Positions 48,189 to 58,948 of a stretch of DNA of 64,000 nt are shown in pieces (the first letter of the stretch is position 1; the number at the start of each line of letters is the position of its first letter). Location of the stretch: sequence record SRR31156797_2197; one strand, written 5' to 3'. Made by a program: the position numbers and the translations under genes. A model generated the notes under the pieces. It was not told the origin of the DNA and ran no database searches. It worked only from the letters and a program-made list of their open reading frames with translations.

Positions 48189-49547
48189 ATGCTTACACAA
48201 TCTCTCAGGGTCAAACTGGAAACTGTAAGAAAACTTATCAGACGCAATGCGAAGCACCCTTTGGAAAATCTTCTAACTAAACTTCACCCTGCTGATATAG
48301 CATCAATCTATAAAAACCTTACGGAGCTTGAGAGGGATAAACTTTGGAACTATATCCCCGATAAAGGGATAATAGCTTCATCTGTGCTCGAGCTTGAAGA
48401 TAATCATATACTAGAGTTTTTCTCAAACAGAACAATTAAAGAGATTGCTCCTATTATCGAAGAGATGGAATCTGACGATGCGGCGGAGATTGTCCGTATG
48501 TTGCCGGAGGACACCGCAAACGAGCTGCTTAAACTTATCGGTAAAGATGAAATGAGTGAAGTGGAAACCCTCCTGACTTACGCAGAGGATACTGCCGGTG
48601 CGATAATGAACACCAGCTTTTTCGCTCTGGAGGAGACACTCACCGTAAAAGAGGCAACTAAGCTTCTTCAGCGTGCAGAAGATATTGAGATGGTTTTTTA
48701 TCTGTATGTTATCGATGAAGAAGGCATTTTATCAGGTGTGATATCACTTCGTCAGCTTATCCTTAATGCTCCTGACAAACTGCTTTCCGATATTATGTCG
48801 AGGGAAGTTATTAAAGCTCAGACACATGTTGACCAGGAAGATGTCGCTAAGATGGTTGAAAGATATGACCTTCTCGCTCTCCCTGTTGTTGATGAAGATT
48901 TAAAGCTTTGCGGTATCATCACTGTTGACGACGTAATCGACATTATCCGTGAAGAGGCTACTGAAGATATCTACCGTATGGCTGGTACATCTGATGACGA
49001 GCTTCTCTTCGGGCATAATTCTGCAAAGGTCGCTAAGGTTCGTTTGCCTTGGCTTTTAATAACATTTTTCGGTTCACTTCTTTCGGGTATTGTCGTTGCT
49101 TACTCACAGGATAGTGTGAAAGAGTTTGCTATCCTTGTCCCTTTTATGCCTGTAATCATGGCTATGGCGGGTAACGTCGGCTCACAGTCTGCGACAATCC
49201 TCATACGGGGTGTTGCACTTGGTAAGATAAACCATGCGGATATGGCTAGGGTAACTTTTAAAGAGATCAGGGTTGGTACCATTATAGGTGCTACATGTGG
49301 TCTGCTCCTCTCCGGAGTAGGTTATTTTATGGACGGCAGTGTCATAATGGGGCTTGCTGTTGGTGTTTCTATGTTCTGTTCACTCGTTATGGCGGCATTC
49401 ATAGGTGCTTTTGTTCCGGCTACACTGATCAAGCTGAATTTCGACCCTGCTGTAGCTTCAAGCCCTCTTATCACTATGCTTAACGATATACTCGGTCTGG
49501 CGGTTTATTTCGGAACAGCAGTAGCTTTCTTTAGATATCTTGGATGA
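48189..49547 (+). CDS. mgtE: Magnesium transporter MgtE
   Basis: LHPADIA, CBS pair, EEATED, RLPWL, AGNVGSQ, DPAVASSPLIT..ND. Confidence 0.95.
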   Translation: MLTQSLRVKLETVRKLIRRNAKHPLENLLTKLHPADIASIYKNLTELERDKLWNYIPDKGIIASSVLELEDNHILEFFSNRTIKEIAPIIEEMESDDAAEIVRMLPEDTANELLKLIGKDEMSEVETLLTYAEDTAGAIMNTSFFALEETLTVKEATKLLQRAEDIEMVFYLYVIDEEGILSGVISLRQLILNAPDKLLSDIMSREVIKAQTHVDQEDVAKMVERYDLLALPVVDEDLKLCGIITVDDVIDIIREEATEDIYRMAGTSDDELLFGHNSAKVAKVRLPWLLITFFGSLLSGIVVAYSQDSVKEFAILVPFMPVIMAMAGNVGSQSATILIRGVALGKINHADMARVTFKEIRVGTIIGATCGLLLSGVGYFMDGSVIMGLAVGVSMFCSLVMAAFIGAFVPATLIKLNFDPAVASSPLITMLNDILGLAVYFGTAVAFFRYLG

Positions 49548-50245
49548 GCAGAGAGAAATCCGAAGCTATTATATATAAGCTGGTTAAGTATGCGGACAGC
49601 TCCGCAATAGCACTAGCCTTTACAGAAGATTTCGGTCGTATAAAGCTTTTCATCCCGAAGGCGTTCACAAAAAAGGGCGGTGTGATGTGTTTTATGCCGG
49701 GGCTTTTAGACTTTGGTAAAAAATCATCCGATCTCTCTAAATTTTATAAATTCGATAACAATACAGCTTACTACCACTATCTGAATAATCACGAAATTAT
49801 TATGCGTATGCATCTTGTTTTTGAGCTGATGGACGGGCTTTATGAGCCTGAGCTTCCTGACAAAACTCTCTTCGATTTACTGCTGAAATTCACTGATGAT
49901 AATTTTCGTAAAATTACCCCGTATATTTTATATTTTATTTTGAAGCGTTCAGGTGTCATGTACGACCTTGAGTCGTGTTCAAACTGTGGCACTACTGATG
50001 AACTTTACACTATCGGTGATAAAGGACTCTTCTGTAATACGTGTGCTGATCAACTAGACGTTACAAGTCACTGCGATAAGGAATCTGCTTATATTATCAA
50101 GAGTATGGGCAACAGCTCACTTTACAGAAGCTTAACGGTAACTCGTAAGCAGGAGATTCAAATTCTGAAAGCTATGGCTGCCTATAGTGAGCATGTGCTC
50201 GAAAAGCCATTGAAATGTTTGAATACAGTGTTAAGCATTATTTGA
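49544..50245 (+). CDS. recO: DNA repair protein RecO
   Basis: OB-fold N-terminus (EAII..KYAD..FTEDFG), CSNC/CNTC zinc finger; era-mgtE-recO synteny. Confidence 0.8.
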   Translation: MSREKSEAIIYKLVKYADSSAIALAFTEDFGRIKLFIPKAFTKKGGVMCFMPGLLDFGKKSSDLSKFYKFDNNTAYYHYLNNHEIIMRMHLVFELMDGLYEPELPDKTLFDLLLKFTDDNFRKITPYILYFILKRSGVMYDLESCSNCGTTDELYTIGDKGLFCNTCADQLDVTSHCDKESAYIIKSMGNSSLYRSLTVTRKQEIQILKAMAAYSEHVLEKPLKCLNTVLSII

Positions 50246-50338
50246 TTTGCCTATAATTGGTATTTTCTTTACATTCAAACAGATTTTGCTTAAAATTAAT
50301 AAATATCTCACAGAAAACAATTTAATAGCGAGGGAGTC

Positions 50339-51337
50339 ATGGAAAAAGGCGTAACTAACCTTAATAGATTTTTACTCGAAGAGCAGAGAAACTATCCTGA
50401 TGCAACAGGCGGTTTCACCATCCTCATCGAATCAATTGCATTCGCATCGAAGATCATCAGCCGTGAAGTTAACAAAGCTGGAATAGTTAACATAATCGGT
50501 AAAGCTAAGTCTACAAATGTGCATGGTGAAGACCAGCAGAAGCTGGATATCTACTCCGACCAGAAGATGATTCAGGCTTTGGATCATCTGGGTAAACTTT
50601 GCGCTATGGCATCAGAAGAGAATGACGACCCGATCACGATTCCCGACAAGTACCCAAAAGGTAAATATCTTGCAGTTTTCGATCCGCTCGATGGTTCGAG
50701 TAATATCGATGTAAACATCAGTATAGGTACTATTTTCGCTATTTATAAGCGTCAGGACGGTAAAGAAGGCGATGCTTGCTGTGAAGAGTTTTATCAGCCA
50801 GGCAGACAGATGGTAGCCGCTGGATACGTTATCTACGGTTCATCGACGATGATGGTTTACTCCTCTGGTAACGGCGTACACGGTTTCACCCTAGACCCTA
50901 GTGTAGGTGAATACATCCTTAGCCACCCATTTATGAAAATGCCAGAGAATGGAAAGATTTACTCCATTAACGAGGCTAATTACGACCGTTGGGATGATGC
51001 TACAAGATCATTTGTTAAACACCTCAAAAATCACGAAGAGAGACAATATACATCAAGATACATCGGCTCACTTGTAGCTGATTTCCATAGAAACCTGCTA
51101 AAAGGCGGCGTTTTTGCATACCCTGGAGACTCAAACAATCCTAGAGGAAAGCTGAGACTTCTTTACGAGTGTGCTCCGCTTGCATTTATCGCTGAGCAGG
51201 CTGGCGGTATGGCTGTCAACGACGAGCAGCCTATCCTGGACATCGTGCCGGAAAAACTTCACCAGAGAGAGCCGCTTTATATAGGCTCTAAGTATGAGGT
51301 TGAGGCGTATCTTAAAGCTAAACGTGGAGAGCTTTAA
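50339..51337 (+). CDS. fbp: Class 1 fructose-1,6-bisphosphatase
   Basis: QQKLD, ASEE, FDPLDGSSNIDVN, RYIGSLVADFHR, GKLRLLYE. Confidence 0.97.
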   Translation: MEKGVTNLNRFLLEEQRNYPDATGGFTILIESIAFASKIISREVNKAGIVNIIGKAKSTNVHGEDQQKLDIYSDQKMIQALDHLGKLCAMASEENDDPITIPDKYPKGKYLAVFDPLDGSSNIDVNISIGTIFAIYKRQDGKEGDACCEEFYQPGRQMVAAGYVIYGSSTMMVYSSGNGVHGFTLDPSVGEYILSHPFMKMPENGKIYSINEANYDRWDDATRSFVKHLKNHEERQYTSRYIGSLVADFHRNLLKGGVFAYPGDSNNPRGKLRLLYECAPLAFIAEQAGGMAVNDEQPILDIVPEKLHQREPLYIGSKYEVEAYLKAKRGEL

Positions 51338-51339
51338 GC

Positions 51340-52161
51340 TTGCTTATCGGTTCACACCAATCAATTTCAAAATCTATTGACCTAAGTATAGAGAGGGCAC
51401 TTGCAGATAACTGTGAGTGCCTTCAAGTTTTTGTAAAGAACAACAACAGGTGGATAGGTAAGGATATTCAGGAAGAGGCGGCTGAGAAGTTTCGTAATGG
51501 GATTATCGAAAATAATCTAAAAGTCTGCTCACACGCATGTTATCTTATCAACCTCGCATCTTTCAAAGAAGAGACCTATAACAAATCAGTAAACGGATAT
51601 AAAACAGAGCTAGCCAGTTGTGACAGGCTGAATATACCATATTATGTTATTCACCCAGGTTCACACGTAGGTGAGGGCGAAGAGAGAGGGATCAGGCGCA
51701 TAGCTGAGACTATCGACTCGGTTTATGATGAGGGTTACGAGTGTATGACACTCCTTGAAATGGTCGCAGGGCAAGGGAGTAACATAGGTGCAACAATTGA
51801 GAATATGCTTGATATAATAGAGTTTTCAAACGCTAAGGATAAGATCGGCATCTGTCTTGATTCGTGCCATATCTTTGCAGCCGGATATGACATTAAAGAT
51901 GAGTACGATGCAGTTTTTGAGCAATTCTTCGATGCTTTCGGAGATAAAATCAAAGTTTTCCACCTGAATGATAGTAAAAAACCTCTAAACAGCAGACGTG
52001 ACAGGCACGAGCTTGTTGGGAAGGGTGAAATAGGCGAGGATTTCTTTAAAAAAGTCGTGAATGACGTCCGTTTTAATGATATTCTCGGTATACTTGAAAC
52101 ACCTGTTGAAACTACTTATAAACAGGAGATAGAGCTGCTTAAATCCTATAGGGAGGATTAG
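51340..52161 (+). CDS. nfo: Endonuclease IV
   Basis: IGSH.S, HACYLINLAS, HPGSH, LLE.VAGQG, CLDSCH, HLNDSK..RDRH, LETP. Confidence 0.95.
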   Translation: MLIGSHQSISKSIDLSIERALADNCECLQVFVKNNNRWIGKDIQEEAAEKFRNGIIENNLKVCSHACYLINLASFKEETYNKSVNGYKTELASCDRLNIPYYVIHPGSHVGEGEERGIRRIAETIDSVYDEGYECMTLLEMVAGQGSNIGATIENMLDIIEFSNAKDKIGICLDSCHIFAAGYDIKDEYDAVFEQFFDAFGDKIKVFHLNDSKKPLNSRRDRHELVGKGEIGEDFFKKVVNDVRFNDILGILETPVETTYKQEIELLKSYRED

Positions 52162-53706
52162 ATGGAAGTTACAGAAACTCCGATTGTCACGGTTATGAAG
52201 GATATCCTCAGACCGGACAAAATCCTTGAAACACATATTTCCACAGTCTTTATAAAAGACGATTTTGTATATAAAGTTAAGAAAAGTGTCGATTTTGGCT
52301 TTCTTGATTTCTCTTCTAAGAAGAAGCGCAGGGGGATGTGTCTTGTTGAGAAGGACCTTAATGAACGTTTCAGTAAAGGTATCTACCTCGAAGTGTTGAA
52401 AATAGCCCGCAGGGAGAAGAGTTTTGTGCTAGTCCCTTTCGATAGCTCACTCCTTACACTTGATTATTGCCTTAAGATGAAGCGTATCCCTGATGAGGAC
52501 TTTCTTTCATATAAGGTGAAAGAGGGCGAGGTTGATGCGAGTGATGCTGTTGATATTGGGAAGAATATCGCTCAGCTTTTTAAAGGGCTGAAAACAGATA
52601 TTTTAGCGGCAGAGCAGAACGGAAGTGCTGAAATTGTTAGACAGAACTGCATAGAAAATTTTGATCAGATGAAACCTTTTGTTGGCAAGTTTATAGATTC
52701 CGACATGCTTGATTTTGTTAATAGGCAGACGGTGAAATTTCTTGATAAAAACTCTGAAATGCTTGATAGCAGGGTGAAAGACGGCTTTGTTGTCGATGGT
52801 CATGGTGATCTCCGTTTAGAGCATATTTACATGACAGATGATGATTTCGGACTTATCGACTGCATAGAATTTAATAGACGTTTCCGTTTTAACGATGTTA
52901 TGTCTGAGATGGCGTTTCTTTGTACTGAGGCAGACCAGATGGGTGATACTGCTTTTGCTGATGGTCTTATGGGTGGTTTTTTATCTGTTTATGACGATGA
53001 AAACAGCCGTTACCTGATCAACTTTTACAAAGCATATAGAGCTATGGTCAGGGCGAAAGTTGCCTGCTTCACGATCGCTGATAAGGATGAAGAGTGGGAA
53101 GGATACGCAGAAAAAAAAGCTGAAATTGAAAAATATATGGATATGGCATCTGCATATGCAGTTAATATGTTTGAAACTAAATCTCTTATATTTTATGGGT
53201 TAATGGCTAGCGGGAAAACTAAAAATGCACGTGTTTTCAGTGATATATACCCTGTAGAGCATGTTAATACTGATGTAGTTCGTAAGCTTATGCACGGGAT
53301 AGACCCCGATGCTAAGATGCATCTTGAGTTTGGTGCGGATTTATACTCTGCTGAAAATTCTAAAAAATTATATGAATACATTGGTGATATGGCTGATAAT
53401 AATAGCAAACTCGGTCGTATGACCCTTATAGACGGGAGTTTTAGCAAAAAGAGCTACATCGAAGACCTTAACAGAAACTATGACGGCGAATATATAAAAG
53501 TACGATTTTTCGCATCAGATGATGTTGTTATGGATCGCCTTGAAAAGCGTAGAGGGAAGGTCGGAGCTTCAGACGGCAGACCGGAAATCTATGAAGCGCA
53601 AAAAGCATCAGCGGAAGAGATCGGTTCTGATTTTGAAGTTGAAACAATTGGAAAAGCGGAAGATAACGCAAAAAATATAATCGGATATTTAATTGATAAA
53701 GCATAA
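52162..53706 (+). CDS. Phosphotransferase-like + P-loop kinase fusion (COG2187/AAA_33-type)
   Basis: ETHIS, YKVKKSVDFGFLDFS, HGDLRLEH, IDCIEFN; GLMASGKT, DVVRK. Confidence 0.85.
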   Translation: MEVTETPIVTVMKDILRPDKILETHISTVFIKDDFVYKVKKSVDFGFLDFSSKKKRRGMCLVEKDLNERFSKGIYLEVLKIARREKSFVLVPFDSSLLTLDYCLKMKRIPDEDFLSYKVKEGEVDASDAVDIGKNIAQLFKGLKTDILAAEQNGSAEIVRQNCIENFDQMKPFVGKFIDSDMLDFVNRQTVKFLDKNSEMLDSRVKDGFVVDGHGDLRLEHIYMTDDDFGLIDCIEFNRRFRFNDVMSEMAFLCTEADQMGDTAFADGLMGGFLSVYDDENSRYLINFYKAYRAMVRAKVACFTIADKDEEWEGYAEKKAEIEKYMDMASAYAVNMFETKSLIFYGLMASGKTKNARVFSDIYPVEHVNTDVVRKLMHGIDPDAKMHLEFGADLYSAENSKKLYEYIGDMADNNSKLGRMTLIDGSFSKKSYIEDLNRNYDGEYIKVRFFASDDVVMDRLEKRRGKVGASDGRPEIYEAQKASAEEIGSDFEVETIGKAEDNAKNIIGYLIDKA

Positions 53707-54685
53707 CTTTAAAGTAAAGCAGGTGAACTCACCATTTGAGGATACCGCATTTTTTATAAGAAATATTTATAAACCGGATGGGCTTCTTTTTGATTGTGGC
53801 AAGATTGGCGCAATGTCGAACAGCGAGGTTCTGTCCATCTCTGAAATACTTATTAGCCACACGCATATAGACCATTTCTACGGTTTCGACCGTATACTGA
53901 GAGGAACGCTCCTCTCCGGTAAAAAGTTTCGTGTTTTCGGACCTCCTGGAATAATTAAAAATGTTCAAGGTAAGATAGATTCATACACCTGGAATCTGAT
54001 AAAAGATTATCCTGTGAGTTACGAGGTAATAGAGCTTAACACTGAGCGAGATGAGTACAAAACTGCATTCTTTTCAGCGGCTAACGGCTTTGTGCGGGAA
54101 GATGGCAGTATCAAAGCTTCTGATGTGTTTATCAATGGTGGCTTTAAATTTGAATTTGAGTTTTTCGACCACAGGGTTCCTTCGGTAGGGTATCGCATCA
54201 CTGAACCGGATATGGTTTCGGTTGATAAAAATAAAGTTGCAGAACACGGCTTTAAATCCGGTAAATGGCTCGCAGTGCTGAAGGATAAGGCTCTTTCTGG
54301 TGATCTTAGCGGAGAAATTAAGGCTGGTACTGCTGATGGAGTAAAAACTATCTCAGTTGCGGATGCTTGCGATAAGATTATCGTACCTGTGAAATCTCAG
54401 TCTGTTACATATATTACAGACATAGCTCCGTCTTTTGAAAATGTGCAAAAGGCTATTAAATTCGCAGATGATTCAACTATATTGCTGATAGAAGGGATGT
54501 TTATGAAAAAGGATGTCCTGCATGCCAACTTCAAAAAGCACCTTACGCTAGACCTGTCAAAATATATTTTTCGTGAGAGTGGTTCCGCTTTCGCTCGTTT
54601 TTTCCACTTCACCCCCAGATATGACAGTATTAAACGTGACCTTTTTGACTATGTTTACGATGGGATGGAAGGACGTATACTATAA
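53693..54685 (+). CDS. RNase Z-like metallo-beta-lactamase hydrolase
   Basis: LFDCG, SHTHIDHF, DHRVPSVGY, YITD, HLT, FHFTPRY. Confidence 0.85.
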   Translation: MIKHNFKVKQVNSPFEDTAFFIRNIYKPDGLLFDCGKIGAMSNSEVLSISEILISHTHIDHFYGFDRILRGTLLSGKKFRVFGPPGIIKNVQGKIDSYTWNLIKDYPVSYEVIELNTERDEYKTAFFSAANGFVREDGSIKASDVFINGGFKFEFEFFDHRVPSVGYRITEPDMVSVDKNKVAEHGFKSGKWLAVLKDKALSGDLSGEIKAGTADGVKTISVADACDKIIVPVKSQSVTYITDIAPSFENVQKAIKFADDSTILLIEGMFMKKDVLHANFKKHLTLDLSKYIFRESGSAFARFFHFTPRYDSIKRDLFDYVYDGMEGRIL

Positions 54686-55593
54686 AGTATTTATGGCTAT
54701 TATTAATAATTATTCCACTGGTGCTGTACATGAGCTACGACAACACGTATTACGACTTAGAGCCGTTTGTTGACCTCAGCGAGGTTGCAGACGAAGAGCT
54801 TCTCGATTTAGACTTCAAAAAAGCTGAATCAGAGGAAGTAAAGCTTGATGAGAACTATCCGCAGTTCCATAAGGGTGGAGATATAGGAATCCTTGTCCTG
54901 CACGGCTTTACAGGCTCTCCGCTTGAGATGCAGCCGGCTGTGGATTACCTGAAAGAGCAGGGGTACACAGTTTATCAGGTGCGTATAGCTGGGCACGGTT
55001 CTGAGCCGGAAAATCTCAACCTTACCAATTATCAGGACTGGTATGAGTCCGCCAGATATGGTTATTTTGTGCTGAGGCGTAACTGTAAAAAAGTATTTAT
55101 ATTAGGCGAATCCATGGGCGGGGCGGCAGCTCTTACCATTGCGGGCTTGAATGAGACAGATGGCGTGATACTAATGGCGCCCTGCATAAAAATCAGAAGT
55201 AGCCTTGCTGGATTGTCATTATATTTTCATAAATACATTAAAATGCTTCCAAAGTTTGAAGCTGGCGACTGGAGCCGTGACCTTAAGCATATTTACTACG
55301 ATAAATGGCCAGTTAAAGGGCTTGCAGAATTGGTGAAGTTTACTAAATATCTCAAAGCTAACAATGATATGTTTGACTTTCCCATGCTTGGCTTTCAGTT
55401 TAAAAATGATGCAGTTGTTAGCGGAAAGGCTACTAGAGAATTTTTCGAAAATGCACCGTCTGATGACAAGACATATGTACAGTTCCCTAACGATAAGATG
55501 ATGAATCATGTTCTTGTGAATGAAAAAAACATTTACAGAGATGAAATGTTCACTAAAATGGCTGAATGGATAAATGATAGAGGTGAGAAATGA
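54682..55593 (+). CDS. Membrane-anchored carboxylesterase (alpha/beta hydrolase)
   Basis: LHGFTGSP, GHG, GESMGG, D.VV, H; start extended from GTG 54721 to ATA 54682 to include a signal anchor. Confidence 0.85.
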   Translation: MKYLWLLLIIIPLVLYMSYDNTYYDLEPFVDLSEVADEELLDLDFKKAESEEVKLDENYPQFHKGGDIGILVLHGFTGSPLEMQPAVDYLKEQGYTVYQVRIAGHGSEPENLNLTNYQDWYESARYGYFVLRRNCKKVFILGESMGGAAALTIAGLNETDGVILMAPCIKIRSSLAGLSLYFHKYIKMLPKFEAGDWSRDLKHIYYDKWPVKGLAELVKFTKYLKANNDMFDFPMLGFQFKNDAVVSGKATREFFENAPSDDKTYVQFPNDKMMNHVLVNEKNIYRDEMFTKMAEWINDRGEK

Positions 55594-56411
55594 TCAGTAA
55601 ATATAAAATAGGCTTCATAGGCGCAGGCAACATGGCAGAGGCACTTGTAAAAGGTATGCTCAGCTCAGCCGGCCCCCTTGATATAGCCGTTAGCGATATT
55701 AATACACACAGACTCGACATCTTCCGTAACCAGTACGGTGTGGAAGGGGTAACAAAGGATAACCGAAAAGTTGTTGATTATGCGGAGCTTATAATCCTTG
55801 CGATCAAGCCTCAGCTTATCCCTGATATACTTAAAGAGGTGAAAGACCTTATCTCTGAGAATAAAGTGATCGTATCCATTGCTGCCGGTGTGACAACAGA
55901 GACACTTGAAAGCTATCTCCCGGAAGGGGCGAGGGTTGTAAGGGTAATGCCGAACACTCCTGCACTTGTTGGGCTTGGTGCTTTTGGTATTTGTAAAGGG
56001 CACAACGCTACATCTGAGGATATTGAGCTTGTTCAGAACATGCTTGAGACGACAGGTGTGTGTGTTGTTGTTGGCGAAGACAGGATGGACGCCATCACAG
56101 GGCTTTCAGGTAGTGGACCTGCTTATGTTTATACCTTTATCGATGCACTCGCTGATGCTGGTGTAAACATGGGGCTTACCCGTGTGAATGCTACTAAGCT
56201 CGCCGCTCAGACAGTTATGGGTGCTGCTAAAATGGTGTTAGATACTGGCGTACACCCTTGCCAGCTTAAGGATAATGTTACTACACCAGCCGGAACGACA
56301 ATCTGCGCTCTGCATGAGCTTGACAGGGGCGGTTTCAGGTCAACAGTGATGAACGCTGTCGAGGCGGCTACACTTAAGGCGCATAAGCTTGGAAAGGTGA
56401 ATGGCGATTAG
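55590..56411 (+). CDS. proC: Pyrroline-5-carboxylate reductase
   Basis: IGFIGAGNM, IKPQ, SIAAG, RVMPNTP, TGLSGSGPAY, VTTPAGTT. Confidence 0.97.
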   Translation: MISKYKIGFIGAGNMAEALVKGMLSSAGPLDIAVSDINTHRLDIFRNQYGVEGVTKDNRKVVDYAELIILAIKPQLIPDILKEVKDLISENKVIVSIAAGVTTETLESYLPEGARVVRVMPNTPALVGLGAFGICKGHNATSEDIELVQNMLETTGVCVVVGEDRMDAITGLSGSGPAYVYTFIDALADAGVNMGLTRVNATKLAAQTVMGAAKMVLDTGVHPCQLKDNVTTPAGTTICALHELDRGGFRSTVMNAVEAATLKAHKLGKVNGD

Positions 56412-56477
56412 ACTTCTTGTAGCTAGCAAGTTTATAGACTTGTTAGTGTGTATGTGTGGATTAGATTATATAAATGT

Positions 56478-56506
56478 AAAGGCTACTCATTTGAGTAGCC
56501 TTTTTT
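56478..56506. terminator. Bidirectional terminator between proC and hypD
   Basis: AAAGGCTACTCA-TT-TGAGTAGCCTTTTTT. Confidence 0.8.
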
Positions 56507-56589
56507 GTTAGTAAATCAGCGTCACAGCGTGATGCGTAAAAAGTGTAAGCACAAATTGCGTTTACAGTATAGTGACTCGGCTCAAAGCC

Positions 56590-58947
56590 CTAGCTTTGTT
56601 GATGTTCGGTTCGGCGGATGATTTCTTCCTGAAGTTCGTCAGTGATATCAACGAAATAGTCGGAATAGCCAGCCACACGAACGATTAGGTCACGATAATT
56701 TTCAGGCTGTTTCTGCGCTTCTCTCAGCACTTTTTCATCCATAACATTGAACTGTATGTGGTGTCCGTCCATACGGAAGTATGAGCGAACGAGCTTGCAA
56801 ACATTGTCGATACCTTCGTCAGTGTACATAAATTCTTTGGAGAAACGCTGGTTAAGGAGAGTTCCTCCTGTGCGTATGTGGTCGATCTTAGCCGCAGATT
56901 TGATAACAGCCGTAGGACCTTGCCTGTCTGCACCCTGAACAGGTGAAATACCTTCAGAAAGAGGGACTTTCGCCTTTCGTCCATCAGGGAGCGCACCGAT
57001 CACAGAGCCGAAGTAAACGTGGGATGTGGTCGGAAGCAGGTTTATCCTGTGCTGACCGCCCTTGCTGTTTGGTCTGCCGTTCACAGATTCGTAAAATATC
57101 TCAAAAATTTCCCGCATAAGGTCATCAGCATAGTCGTCATCGTTACCGTATTTCGGTGTATCTTCCAGCAGGAGTGCACGTAGCTCGCCGTAACCTTCAA
57201 AGTCAGCGTCGATAGCTTTCATAAGGTCAGCGAGGCTGATTATCTGCTTGTCGAAGACATTGTATTTTAGTGATGCGAGGGAGTCAGTGATGGAGCCGAG
57301 ACCAACACCTTGAATGTAGGTTGTGTTGTATCTTGCACCGCCTGCGTTATAATCTTTTCCATTTTTGATGCAGTCCTCTGTGAGTATGCTCAGGAAAGGT
57401 ACAGGGATGTGCTCAGCGAAGAGTGTCTCAATTACTATATTGCCTTTTATCTTTATGTCTATGAAATAGTTAAGCTGTTTCTGGTATGCGTCCATAAGCT
57501 GATCGTAAGATTTGAAATCAGCCGGGATATCAAGACCGACCTGCTTATCGGTTCGCTTGTCGTAACCAGCATTAAGTGTAAGCTCTAGGACTTTTGCGAG
57601 GTTAAAATAACCTGAAAGTATGTATGACTCTGTACCAAAAGCACCGGATTCCACACAGCCTGATGCGCCTCCATTGCGAGCGTCTTCGACGGATTTACCT
57701 TGTCTCATAAGCTCCTGAACGATCGCATCAGTGTTGAATATCGAAGGCTGACCGAAGCCAGTCTTGCAGATATGCAGGGCACGTTTGAGGAACCTGTCTG
57801 GATTCTTCTTAGATATCTGAACCATTGAGCTAGGCTGAAGCAGTCTCACGTCTTCTATAACGTCGAGAAGTATGTATGAAAGCTCGTTTACAGCGTCAGA
57901 GCCGTCAGCTTTCACTCCGCCAAGGTTGATAAGTGCGAAGTCAGTGTAAGTGTTTGACTCTTTAGCAGTTACTCCTACCTTTGGCGGGGCAGGGTGGTTG
58001 TTAAATTTTATCCAGAATGAGCCGAGTAATTCTTTTGCGCTCTCTTCTGTTATGCGACCAGATTCGAGGTCTGCCATGTAAAATGGATAGAGGTGCTGGT
58101 CGAGTCTGCCTGGGTTAAAAGCGTCCCAAGGGTTTGTCTCAGTGACCACACCTATGTGTAGGAACCAGTAGAGTTGTAACGCTTCCCAGAAGCTCTCAGG
58201 CTTGTTAGCAGGGACACGTGAACAGATTGCGCTCATCTCCTGAAGCTCCAGCTTTCGCTTGGTGTCAGTCTCAGCGTCTGCCATCTCTTTTAGTGCCTGT
58301 GCGTTACGCTCGGCGAAGTTTATTATAGCATCTGCGGCTATATCCATAGCCTTTAGCTCTTCATTTCTGTTAAATGCCGTAGGGTCGTTATAGAAATCGA
58401 GGGCTTCCATAGCCTCTTTCACTTCGTTTTTAAGTCCCCCGAGTCCCACACGGAAAATTTTATTACCAAGAACGGTATGCCCGGGTGCTCTCTGCTCCTG
58501 AAACTCTGTGAATACACCAGCTCCGTAAGAGTTTTTCCACTCATCGGACATGTGCATCATCACTTTTTCTCTATGGGATTTCCCCTCCCAGTATGGGAAG
58601 ACAATTTCTTTGTGCTCTTGTCTGGTGGTATCGTCAACTTTGAACGGACATTTCGGTCTGCTGTCGAGCATGTCGAAGTCCTGCATAGAGTGGATGCAAA
58701 CTTCAGGGTAGGTCGGAGTAGCTTTCGCTTTCGGTCCACGTTCACCGACGATAAGCTCGCCGTTGTGGAAGCAAAGCTCTTTCTTATCCATGATGTAATA
58801 GAATGCCTTTGCTCTCTGTACTGGTACAGAAAAGCCATCAGCCGCACCGCTCTGGTAGAATTCAGTGAGGAGTTTTCCTCTTTCAGTTGAAACAGTTTCT
58901 ATCGCTTCTATACTTTCAGTGCGTAGTTTTTTGATTCTATCAGTCAT
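56590..58947 (-). CDS. hypD: Glycyl radical enzyme, trans-4-hydroxy-L-proline dehydratase
   Basis: RVAGYS glycyl motif; single-Cys SGCVE loop; HypD-type motifs FTEF.EQRAPGHTV, WDAF.PGRLDQ, PAPPKVG.T.KES.TYTDFA, LPTT.H. Confidence 0.9.
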   Translation of the reverse strand: MTDRIKKLRTESIEAIETVSTERGKLLTEFYQSGAADGFSVPVQRAKAFYYIMDKKELCFHNGELIVGERGPKAKATPTYPEVCIHSMQDFDMLDSRPKCPFKVDDTTRQEHKEIVFPYWEGKSHREKVMMHMSDEWKNSYGAGVFTEFQEQRAPGHTVLGNKIFRVGLGGLKNEVKEAMEALDFYNDPTAFNRNEELKAMDIAADAIINFAERNAQALKEMADAETDTKRKLELQEMSAICSRVPANKPESFWEALQLYWFLHIGVVTETNPWDAFNPGRLDQHLYPFYMADLESGRITEESAKELLGSFWIKFNNHPAPPKVGVTAKESNTYTDFALINLGGVKADGSDAVNELSYILLDVIEDVRLLQPSSMVQISKKNPDRFLKRALHICKTGFGQPSIFNTDAIVQELMRQGKSVEDARNGGASGCVESGAFGTESYILSGYFNLAKVLELTLNAGYDKRTDKQVGLDIPADFKSYDQLMDAYQKQLNYFIDIKIKGNIVIETLFAEHIPVPFLSILTEDCIKNGKDYNAGGARYNTTYIQGVGLGSITDSLASLKYNVFDKQIISLADLMKAIDADFEGYGELRALLLEDTPKYGNDDDYADDLMREIFEIFYESVNGRPNSKGGQHRINLLPTTSHVYFGSVIGALPDGRKAKVPLSEGISPVQGADRQGPTAVIKSAAKIDHIRTGGTLLNQRFSKEFMYTDEGIDNVCKLVRSYFRMDGHHIQFNVMDEKVLREAQKQPENYRDLIVRVAGYSDYFVDITDELQEEIIRRTEHQQS

Positions 58948-58948
58948 T

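Noticed and set aside
56590-58947. Pyruvate formate-lyase or choline TMA-lyase call for the GRE
   Set aside because: No adjacent Cys-Cys as in PFL and no GCVEP as in CutC; the motif set fits HypD.
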